64,000 nucleotides of DNA from Macrostomum lignano. Taxonomy: Eukaryota. Position 1 is the first letter of the stretch. Each line of letters begins with the position of its first letter. Made by a program: the position numbers and the translations under genes. Below, in pieces: positions 1 through 10,641 of this stretch. The stretch is from the NCBI GenBank assembly GCA_002269645.1, contig NIVC01000392.1, forward strand, positions 310,001 through 374,000, written 5' to 3'. Under the pieces are notes generated by a model, which was given only the letters and a program-made list of their open reading frames with translations, did not search any database and was not told the origin of the DNA.

Positions 1-98
<98 letters not shown>

Positions 99-118
99 CA
101 GATAGACAGATAGATAGG

Positions 119-194
<76 letters not shown>

Positions 195-203
195 CAGATA
201 GAC

Positions 204-286
<83 letters not shown>

Positions 287-310
287 CAGATAGACAGATA
301 GATAGATAGG

Positions 311-358
<48 letters not shown>

Positions 359-415
359 CAGATAGATAGATAGATAGATAGGTAGATAGATAGATAGATA
401 GATAGACAGATAGAC

Positions 416-476
<61 letters not shown>
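1..476. repeat. (GATA)n microsatellite with GACA/GGTA variants
   Basis: Direct tetranucleotide periodicity; truncated by the window start. Confidence 0.99.
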
Positions 477-477
<1 letters not shown>

Positions 478-808
478 ACTGCAGGCCTTGAAAAAAAATC
501 CTACGAATGCTAAGTTCTACGTCCTTAGTTTCTTAGTAGTCTAGTCCCAATCCGCTAGTCAGTCGGTCGGTCTCTTCAGTCGCTCCTGACATGATTACCG
601 TAGAATGCAGTTGGCACTCGCTCGAACTGAGATTAGCTGCGATGCGCTCGTAAACTTTTGTCTATGGTTAAACATCCGAACAACGTGGACTTTTATATTG
701 CCAAGTAGAGATTGCCGAGAAAACTATAGAAGCAACGTAATCGTTGAACGAAAAAATTCTTAGTTGTTTTCTCTTGGCAATAAAGAAACATCAGAACATC
801 CAGTCGGC

Positions 809-3800
809 ATGGCGACAAGCAACAATAGCAGCAGCTGCCAACAGGCTTCGCAAGGCCGACCGCAGAGCCATCTGACCGAAATTCGTCAACAGATCAAGCA
901 CGAAGTTGAGCAGATCAAGGAGGCCAAAACCAAGATGCATGATCGGGTTCGCAGGGTCCGGCACCCGGTGTTTCGCGACTTGAATCCGGTTGACCAGCTG
1001 TTGCCGCCGGCTTGCGAAGATTTCCTAGACAACGGCCTCGTTCTCGACGCGATCGAGACCCATCCGACCGTTGCTTTGCCGGAGTATTTCAGCTTTAACT
1101 CGGCCGAGACGTCAACTTTGTTGTCAATTTTGCTGGACTCAAATCATACCAGGATGACTCGCTTATTGAACCGGGTGCACCTGAGAGCTATGCTCAGGGA
1201 TGACAGGTACTATCAGATCCTGGACGATCCTCAGTTGTACTTCAGGAGCAAGTGCACAGATTTGCCTTGCTTTCACAGTGAGTAGGACTTGCTTATGTTG
1301 CAGCGAGGGATTCAAATACCGTTTGGTTACTGGAGATCAGGGAGAAGGAGGGAGGATCAGGGAGAGGGGAAGAGGATCGGGGAAAGGGGAAGAGGGTCAG
1401 GGAGGGGGAGAGAAAATCGGGGAGAGGGGAAGAGGATCAAAGAAAGGGGAAGAGGATCAGGGAGGGGGAGAGAAAATCGGGGAGAGGGGAAGAGGATCAG
1501 GATAGGGGAAGAGGATCAGGATAGGGGAAGAAGGTCAAGATAGGGGAAGAGGATCAGGGAAAGGGGAAGAGGATCAGGGAAGGGGGTGAGAAAATTGGGG
1601 AGAGGGGAAGAGGATCAGGATAGGGGAAGAGGATCAGGATAGGGGAAGAGGATCAGGATAGGGGAAGAGGATCGGTAGGGGGGAAGAGGATCAGGGAGTT
1701 AAAAGGAGGATCGAAGAGAGGGAATAAAAATGGGAATCAATGAAGAAACTTGACGATGGCAAGGACAGCAAGGTTGCAGCAAGAAGAGACTATGTAGTTG
1801 GGTAGAGTTCCTCACAAACTCCCAAGTCACAACTCCCCAAAATCCCCTGTCAGACCGAGTCGTGCTCTACCTGACCAGCATCGGTGTCCTGATCTACCTG
1901 AAGCAGACAACCGCTCTCAGTCTATTAGTACGCGTGCACTCTAAAGGTGTCCTGCCGCGCACCCCGAAGATGATCAACCGTCGGGAGAACCGACAGCCGA
2001 GGCAAGGCCAGCCGCAGTCGGATTTCGCTTCAGCAAAAGCCTACGAAAAGAAAAAAGCCGAGAAAATGCTGCCATTCTTCAATGTGTACGCGTTTCAGTA
2101 CGCCACCTATGTGTACTGCTACGAGGGCGATATCTTCCGGTTCCAGCTCGACTACCTCATGGTTAGGCGGGAATACCAGGACGCTGTACCGATCATGCTG
2201 GATATGGGCTGGCTGCCCAACAGCCCCTCGGTGAGTGATAGATTAGCAATCCATTGTGTTGCTTGAATGTTAATATTGATAGATTAGCAATCCATTGTGT
2301 TGCTTGAATCATTTGTTAATATTGATAGATTAGCAATCTATTGCATTGCTTCAATCATTTGTTAATATTGATAGATTGGCAATCCATTGTGTTGCTTGAA
2401 TCATTTGTTAATATTGATAGATTAGCAATCCATTGCATTGCTTCAAGCATTTGTTAATATCGATAGATTAGCAATCCATTGCATTGATCCAATCATTTGT
2501 TAATATTCACAGACTTTCTAGAAACGCTTTATTATTTCCATCAGTTTAATTTTCTTTCCACTCGCCCGTCCTTCGCCGCAGGTGCTGCTGTACAGGCGCC
2601 GGTATTACCAGTACATGACGCCCTTCCTCGACTGGGTAGACATGATCCGCTACCATCTGCGCACCAATCCGACAATATCAATCACGGGCTTCTACGAGAG
2701 GCTGATAGACATTGGCGGAGTGGACGTTGATGATCTGCGCTATTTCGGTCGCAGCATGCTTGAGTGCGTCGAGCTACGGAAGCTCACCAAGGCCAACTGC
2801 AAGGAAAAGCAGCTTCGTGGCCTGTACGCTGGCCGGAGGGTGTACAAAGACAGGGACGCTCGCTGTCCCGCCGTCTTTGCCGACGCTTTCAAGCAGGTAA
2901 GACACGCAGCGATCCCAGAGACTTGCGGCACCGGGACTGCATCGCTGATTCAGACTATTTTGAACCCAAGGCTAAACTGTTGCTCTTTTCTGTCAGTGTC
3001 GGCTGCTTCTTAACTCTTCTCCCCCTCTCTCCTCTCCCCCTTACTCTCCTCTCTCCCCTATTATCCTCTCTCCCCTATTATCCTCTCTCCCATATTATCC
3101 TCTCTCCCCTATTATCCTCTCTCCCCTATTATCCTCTCTCCCATATTATCCTCTCTCCCCTATTATCCTCTCTCCCCTATTATCCTCTCTCCCCTATTAT
3201 CCTCTCTCCCCTATTATCCTCTCTCCCCTATTATCCTCTCTCCCCTATTATCCTCTCTCCCCTATTATCCTCTCTCCCCTATTATCCTCTCTCCCCTATT
3301 ATCCTCTCTCCCCTATTATCCTCTTTCCCCTATTATCCTCTCTCCCCTATTATCCTCTCTCCCCTATTATCCTCTCTCCCCTATTATCCTCTCTCCCCTA
3401 TTATCCTCTCTCCCCTATTATCCTCTCTCCCCTATTATCCTCTCTCCCCTATTATCCTCTCCCCTATTATCCGCTCCCCCCTATTATCCTCTCTCCCCTA
3501 CTATCCTCTCTCCCCTATTATCCTCTCTCCCCTATTATCCTCTCTCTCCTATTATCCTCTCTCCCATATTATCCTCTCTCCCCTATTATCCTCTCTCCCC
3601 TATTATCCTCTCTCCCCTATTATCCTCTCTCCCCTATTATCCTCTCTCCCCTATTATCCTCTCTCCCCTATTATCCTCTCTCCCCTATTATCCTCCCCAC
3701 TCTCCTCTCTCTCCTACTATCCTCTCTTCTCTATTATCCTCTCTCCCCTACTATCCTCTCTCCCCTTCTCTCCTCTCTCCCCTTCTCTCCTCTCTCCTAC

Positions 3801-6800
3801 TATCCTCTCTCCCCTATTATCCTCTCTCCCCTACTATCCTCTCTCCCCTTCTCTCCTCTCTCTCCTATTATCCTCTCTCCCCTTCTCTCCTCTCTCCCCT
3901 ATTATCCTCTCTCCCCTATTATCCTCCCCACTCTCCTCTCTCTCCTACTATCCTCTCTTCTCTATTATCCTCTCTCCCCTACTATCCTCTCTCCCCTTCT
4001 CTCCTCTCTCCCCTATTATCCTCTCTCCCCTATTATCCTCCCCACTCTCCTCTCTCTCCTACTATCCTCTCTTCCCTATTATCCTCTCTACTATTCTCTC
4101 TCCCCTATTATCCTCTCTCCCCTATTATCCTCTCTCCCATATTATCCTCTCTCCCCTATCATTCTCTCTCCCCTTCTCTCCTCTCTCTCCTACTATCCTC
4201 TCTTCTCTATTATCCTCTCTCCCCTACTATCCTCTCTCCCCTTCTCTCCTCTCTCTCCTATTATCCTCTCTCCCCTTCTCTCCTCTCTCCCCTATTATCC
4301 TCTCTCCCCTATTATCCTCCCCACTCTCCTCTCTCTCCTACTATCCTCTCTTCTCTATTATCCTCTCTCCCCTACTATCCTCTCTCCCCTTCTCTCCTCT
4401 CTCCCCTATTATCCTCTCTCCCCTATTATCCTCTCTCCCCTTCTCTCCTCTCTCCCCTATTATCCTCTCTCCCCTATTATCCTCCCCACTCTCCTTTCTC
4501 TCCTACTATCCTCTCTTCCCTATTATCCTCTTTACTATTCTCTCTCCCCTATTATCCTCTCTCCCATATTATCCTCTCTCCCCTATTATCCTCTCTCCTC
4601 TACTATCCTCTCTCCCCTATCATCCTCTCTCCCCTTCTCTCCTCTCTCTCCTACTATCCTCTCTTCTCTATTATCCTCTCTCCCCTACTATCCTCTCTCC
4701 CCTTCTCTCCTCTCTCCCCTATTATCCTCTCTCCCCTATTATCCTCCCCACTCTCCTCTCTCTCCTACTATCCTCTCTTCCCTATTATCCTCTTTACTAT
4801 TCTCTCTCCCCTATTATCCTCTCTCCCATATTATCCTCTCTCCCCTATTATCCTCTCTCCTCTACTATCCTCTCTCCCCTATCATCCTCTCTCCCCTTCT
4901 CTCCTCTCTCTCCTACTATCCTCTCTTCTCTATTATCCTCTCTCCCCTACTATCCTCTCTCCCCTTCTCTCCTCTCTCCCCTTCTCTCCTCTCTCCCCTT
5001 CTCTCCTCTCTCTCCTACTATCCTCTCTTCCCTATTATCCTCTCTACTATCCTCTCTCCCCTACTATTCTCTCTCCCCTTCTCTCCTCTCTCCCCTTCTC
5101 TCCTCTCTCCCCTTCTCTCCTCTCTCCCCTTCTCTCCTCTCTCCCCTTCTCTCCTCTCTCCCCTTCTCTCCTCTCTCCCCTCTCTCTCGCCCTCCCATCC
5201 CGCTAGCTAATGGCACTAGTTTGTTACTGGGTGACTTCAACCAATCCCTCCGCAACCCGCGCTCCCCCGCAGCACCAGGGCGTGATCAGGCCGGTGCTGC
5301 CACACGCCTGTTCGCCACTCCGCCGGTTTTTGGTGCATCTGAACTATTACGACCGCGACAACATGCGAAGCCTTGCTCAAGTTCTGGCTCTGGTTGACAG
5401 CATGCTAAAAATGGAATTTTTCACCATGCACCCAATCTGCTCGTGCACAGACATCTGGCAGGAGCCGCTGGTCTTTCAAATCTATGATTTCGTCTATAGC
5501 ATGCGACAGGGAACTGGGAACGCTATGGTGTACCTGAGGAACCAGCCATGGGAAGAGATTAGCTCTGTGAGTGCGGTCAAAAGTATTGGGATTCTGTGCT
5601 GGGTGTTTGCGACCAGATTTATAACAATATGGAGGATTTTTTATAATTTCTGGCGCAAAATCTGATGTCTCAATTTGGGACTAATAGTTGGGATCATCGA
5701 ATCGGGACTAATAGTTGGGATCATCAAAACCGGGACTAATAGTTGGGATTATCAAAACTGGTACTAATAGTCGGGATCATCACAACCGGGACTAATAGTT
5801 GGGACTGTCAAAACCGATCTAAATATTTAGATTATTTAGATCCTGGATGGGCTCTACTATTATTTAGATCCTGGGTGGGACTAATAGTTGGGACTGTCAA
5901 AACCGGGACTATTAGTTGGGACTGTCAAAACCGGGACTATTAGTTGGGACTGTCAAAACCAGGACTAATAGTTGGGACTGTCAAAACCGGGACTAATAGT
6001 TGGGATCATCACAACCGGGACTAATAGTTGGGATCATCAAAACCGGGACTAATAGTTGGGACTGTCAAAACCGGGACTAATAGTTGGGACTGTCAAAACC
6101 GGGACTAATAGTTGGGACTGTCAAAACCGGGACTAATAGTTGGGACTGTCAAAACCGAGACTAATAGTTGGGACTGTCAAAACCGGGACTAATAGTTGGG
6201 ACTGTCAAAACCGGGACTATTAGTTGGGACTGTCAAAACCGGGACTAATAGTTGGGACTGTCAAAACCGGGACTAATAGTTGGGACTGTCAAAACCGGGA
6301 CTAATAGTTGGGACTGTCAAAACCGGGACTAATAGTTGGGACTGTCAAAACCGAGACTAATAGTTAGGATCATCACAACCGGGACTAATAGTTTGGATCA
6401 TCACAACCGAGACTAATAGTTGGGATCATCAAAGCCGAGACTAATAGTTGGGATCATCACAACCGGGACTAATAGTTGGGATCATCACAACCGGGACTAA
6501 TAGTTTGGATCATCACAACCGAGACTAATAGTTGGGATCATCAAAGCCGAGACTAATAGTTGGGATCATCACAACCGGGACTAATAGTTGGGATCATCAA
6601 AGCCGAGACTAATAGTTTGGATCATCACAACCGGGACTAATAGTTTGGATCATCACAACCGAGACTAATAGTTGGGATCATCAAAGCCGAGACTAATAGT
6701 TGGGATCATCACAACCGAGACTAATAGTTGGGATCATCAAAGCCGAGACTAATAGTTGGGATCATCACAACCGGGACTAATAGTTGGGATTATCAAAACC

Positions 6801-8233
6801 GGTACTAATAGTTAGGACTGTCAAAACCGGGACTAATAGTTGGGATCATCGAACCGGGCTTCCGCAGAGCGAAGACTCCCTGGCCTGGTACCAACGCTGG
6901 GACGTGTTCAACTGCATCTGCCTTCTGTTCAGCATTGCCCAAAACGCGATCCAATGCGATCAAGACGAATCAACAATCGAACGAATCGTTGATCAACTCA
7001 TCGAAGTGCTCTGCTGCTCAAAATTCTTAGAATCATTTGTAGCCTACAGCTATTTCGATGTTTACCTCGGCCTGACAAGCGCCGTCAACAGCGTGCCGAA
7101 CATCTCGCTGTCCGTCCTCATGCGGGTGCTGCGAACCACTCCGTTCCACCTGGCCGCCAACTCCACAGTCATTTGCATACTAGGCACCTTCAGCGACAGA
7201 TTCTGGCGCAACACCGTCAAGGACAGCCACGGCAGAATTGTCAGCGAATCTGATAAATCGCCGAGGAGCATGGAAGAGATTAGCCAGTTCCTCATCAATC
7301 GGAGCAGACGCTGCTGCGTCCAAAAAGTGCCAGTGCCGGACACCATCGACTCCAAGTCGGGCATGTCGGCCATGGGTTCCACCGGAGCCGTTACAGTTTT
7401 CCAGCGCGACTACGCGTTGATGCCATTTTTAGCACCGATGGACGAGGCCAGCATTGTGGCTAATGACCATCTGCACCAGAAGCGTAGGCTTATAGAGGAG
7501 AAGCGGCACATTACCGAATACCGCCAGGTGGAGACCGACTACAGATATGGCCAGTTCTTTAGCGAATCCTACTATCTGGTGAGCTCTAAGGGGGGCTTTG
7601 AGACTATTTCTGCGATGTCGGTATTCTTCAAGATTCTAAATTACATGTTGTAGAATTTCTAAGTTGTATCACTGAGACCTTTTATCGGATCCTTAGTGAG
7701 AACTAACTGGATCCTGGGTGGGATCTCCTACCATATCGATTTTGGATGGGATCTACTATTATTTAGATCCTGGATGGGATCTACTATTATTTAGATCCTG
7801 GATGGGATCTACTATTATTTAGATTCTGGATGGAATCTCCTACCATGTAGATCCTGGATGGGATCTCCTACCATGTAGATCATGGATGGGATCTCCTACC
7901 ATGTATATCCTGGATGGGATCTTGTATAACCATGTATATCCTGGATGGGATCTTGTATAACCATGTATATCCTGGATGGGATCTTGTATAACCATGTAGA
8001 TCCTGGATGGGATCTTGTACAACCATGTATAACTTGGATGGGATCGCCGAAATTCCAAATTTGAGTCTGATTGATTCGAGAATCCACGGTGCAATCGGTG
8101 AGTCTGCTTTAGCTTTGCTAATTTCAATAAACCCCAATTTCAGGCTACTGGAAGGCCAAGGATGTTCCTGGACGAGACGCTGAGCTACCAGGAGTGTCAG
8201 GCAATATCCATGAGACCATACAAGCCAAAGTGA
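809..8233 (+). CDS. 6-exon gene, ~773 aa; probable degenerate/domesticated KDZ (Zisupton-like) transposase-derived protein
   Basis: Exons 809-1277, 1854-2230, 2582-2896, 5207-5566, 6868-7578, 8144-8233. All have GT(G/A)AG-type donors and AG acceptors with matching phases (1,0,0,0,0) and give one continuous frame to TGA 8231-8233. Motif order LDMGWLPNSP ... PTISITGFYERL ... FGRSMLE ... RCPAVFADAFK ... C-x6-LNYYDRD ... FFTMHPIC ... CDQDESTIERI follows my recollection of the KDZ transposase consensus. The gene model is firmer (~0.8) than the family call (~0.55). Confidence 0.65.
1333..1712. repeat. Purine-rich minisatellite (GGGGAAGAGGATCAGGGA/GATA-type unit) in intron 1
   Basis: Repeated ggggaagaggatcagg core. 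Confidence 0.9.
2237..2505. repeat. 46-bp minisatellite, ~6 copies (GATAGATTAGCAATCCATTGTGTTGCTTGAATCATTTGTTAATATT)
   Basis: Units start at 2278, 2324, 2370, 2416, 2462, plus a shorter first copy at 2237; lies in intron 2. Confidence 0.95.
3012..5188. repeat. Pyrimidine-rich minisatellite (CCTCTCTCCCCTATTAT and variants) filling intron 3
   Basis: ~2.2 kb of a ~17-bp degenerate unit; source of the spurious 877-aa L/S/P ORF. Confidence 0.97.
5676..6858. repeat. 28-bp minisatellite (AAAACCGGGACTAATAGTTGGGACTGTC / ...GGATCATC), ~40 copies, intron 4
   Basis: Direct periodicity; two variant blocks, GACTGTC first then GATCATC. Confidence 0.97.
7700..8045. repeat. 28-31-bp minisatellite with TAGATCCTGGATGGGATCT core, intron 5
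   Basis: Direct periodicity with three unit variants. Confidence 0.93.
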
Positions 8234-8905
8234 CCAGGCTTGAGTTAATGTAAGAATCATATCTGACTAAATGTTTTTTTTAATTCCGTACATCAAAACT
8301 GTCGATAATGACCAAAAATTTGTTATTGACTGCCAAACAAAAACCACTTGTTTACTATCATCTAGCGATTAATTTCTCGGGTGAAGTGTACACCGCTTAA
8401 ACGCATACTTTCTTGTCTACTAAAACACTTATAAAAATATAATTTTCAAAGTGCTTGAGTTGTCGATATATTGACAATTGAAAAAAGGAAAAGCTAAAAT
8501 AAAAGTTCTTGTTTTTTTTATTTCGTGCGTTAACTAGAAACTAGAATAACAATTAGGTAAAACAATTTAGGTGTGGGTTGACGCCCCCTAAACACCATGA
8601 GCGTTTATGACAGGAAAATATTAGTTGAGCATTCGTTTAGCAATTAAACAGCTACGTGTATGAAAAATATATCATCAGAGGCGCATAACAGTCAAATAAA
8701 AATGAGTAAAACAAACTTAGCCATGGTAGATAGGCCGTAAACTCATAAATTCAGTGCTGGACAGGTTGCTAGTTGCTTGTGCATGGGACTCCATGCAGCT
8801 AGCTGGTGACACTTTTTTTAATTGCTCTGAGTAGACTGTTATTGGCTGGGGTATGGTGTCTGATCCTAATATAGCTTATATAGCCCATATCCTAATATAG
8901 TAATA

Positions 8906-9588
8906 TAGCCCATTTGGGCCTGCGCGCATTGAATTTAATCCAAGATGCGTTTGCCAATGTAATGGGGCTTTTGTCTATGGTAGCAATTGGCTGGCATTTC
9001 CTTTGGTCCAACAAGCATCAATTTGGTCCATTGCTTCATTTGCAACTGCTGCAGGGTAGCAACATCAGCCCCAAAATTGTGGAACATATACTAGGCTGTC
9101 GAAAGAATGCCATTGGCTTGTGATCGAAGAACTCGATAGAGGTGAACACCCAAAGGACATTGCAAGGCTGCTGAATGTAAAAGAAAACATGGTTTACAGC
9201 ATCCATGAACGCGTTGAAACCACTGCGGGCAGAGGTCGCCTGCGAAGGGGTGGCGATCGCCAAGACAAGTTGCTACTCGATGCAGTGGAGACGAACCCTT
9301 TGTTGACGTTGCAGAAAATACAACAGAAGTTGAAGGAACAGTTCCAGTTGGTTATCAGATTTCGACTATCAGCAGAGCTCTGGAAAAGCGACTGAAAATT
9401 GTCGCTAGAGACGCAGACATTCCAGCGGTACTCAGCAACCTGCAGACGGTTGCGAGAAGGCAGGAGCGTTTGGACCAAATTGATGCTTGTTGGCCGCTGT
9501 GCCAGCCTTGCTACCATAGACAAAAGCTCCGTTACATTGGCAAACGTATCCTGGATTAAATTCAACGCGCGTAGGCCCAAATTGGCTT
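8906..9588 (+). mobile_element. Degenerate Tc1/mariner (IS630-like) transposon remnant with ~155-bp imperfect inverted arms
   Basis: 8906-9060 is the reverse complement of 9435-9588 at roughly 75-80% identity by eye. The interior encodes YTRLSKECHWLVIEELDRGEHPKDIARLLNV...DAVETNPLLTLQKIQQKLKEQF, then after a frameshift ISTISRALEKRL. This is the paired HTH of Tc1/IS630 transposases; no intact DDE domain is present. Confidence 0.75.
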
Positions 9589-10641
9589 CAAAAAGCTCTA
9601 GTATAACGATAAATTAGGCCATGGACTTTTTTATTCAGAACTTGGATTAGGAAATTTCTCAGGTTTCGCCATAGAGGCACGGGATGTTTTAGGACACAAC
9701 GCATGTTGGCTGAATGTTGATGAGACAAATGGGTATACCAGCTTTTGTGCTGTCTGGTAGGCCTTTAAATTTACTGCCCAGGCTTCGACTGTCCGATCCA
9801 GATTGTTTTAAAAAAATTTTAAAAGTCCTTAGCTTAAGCCCAACCGGCAGGTCATACAGAATGAGCTCATGGCAACTGCTAAAATAGTTCCTCAATTAAA
9901 AGTGGCGCTCTCATTAGCAACTCCATCATAACTAAGCGCAGGTTGATGGTCTGCGGAGTAAAAATTTGAAATAAAAAAATATAGATGTGGGATGTGGCAA
10001 TCAACCAAAAAGGAGAGAAGGCAAACTTCTAACAGATAAAAGACGAATCACAGGGAGACCAGAAGTCTTGAAGTCTTCTGTGTTTTCAACTGATTTCAAA
10101 TTGTGATAAAGCCGATGTTTACGCTTGGTCAGAGATGCAGGCTGCAAAATTACTTTATTATTGGAGACTGGCTAATCAGGAAGATGGAGCCAAACGTGCC
10201 GTTGTTGCTTTTCGTGACGATTTTAAATTTAAATTTTCCTAATGAATTGTGAACCGAAATTTAGCCTTCTGCTTCAGTAAATTTATTCAATAATTGCGGA
10301 TGTCAGAATTGTCTCAAATTGGAAAGACCCCACTATTAGACCGGTAAGGAGGCTACGACCCTTGGTTCGAGTTCGTGCTCGGCTGTCGTGAGACTTACAC
10401 CCTGGCCAAACCCCAAGGCACAGAGAGTGCACATGCCTGACAACTAGAAGTCAGGGCCGCTGTACAACCTGTTTGTGCGTGTGCACGAGTGCGTGTCTGC
10501 GTACAGGATCCGAACGCTTGGGTGTGCTTGGGAGTCAGTGGAATGGGCTGAACTGCCTCACCTCACCGGTTGTGAAACCATGTCTTTGAAGGCGTAGCGC
10601 CAGGGTAAACCTTCAACCCCAAGACAAGACTCCGGCGAATA

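Noticed and set aside
2764-5397. 877-aa L/S/P/Y-rich ORF
   Set aside because: Translation of the CT-rich intron-3 satellite; it overlaps real exons in another frame.
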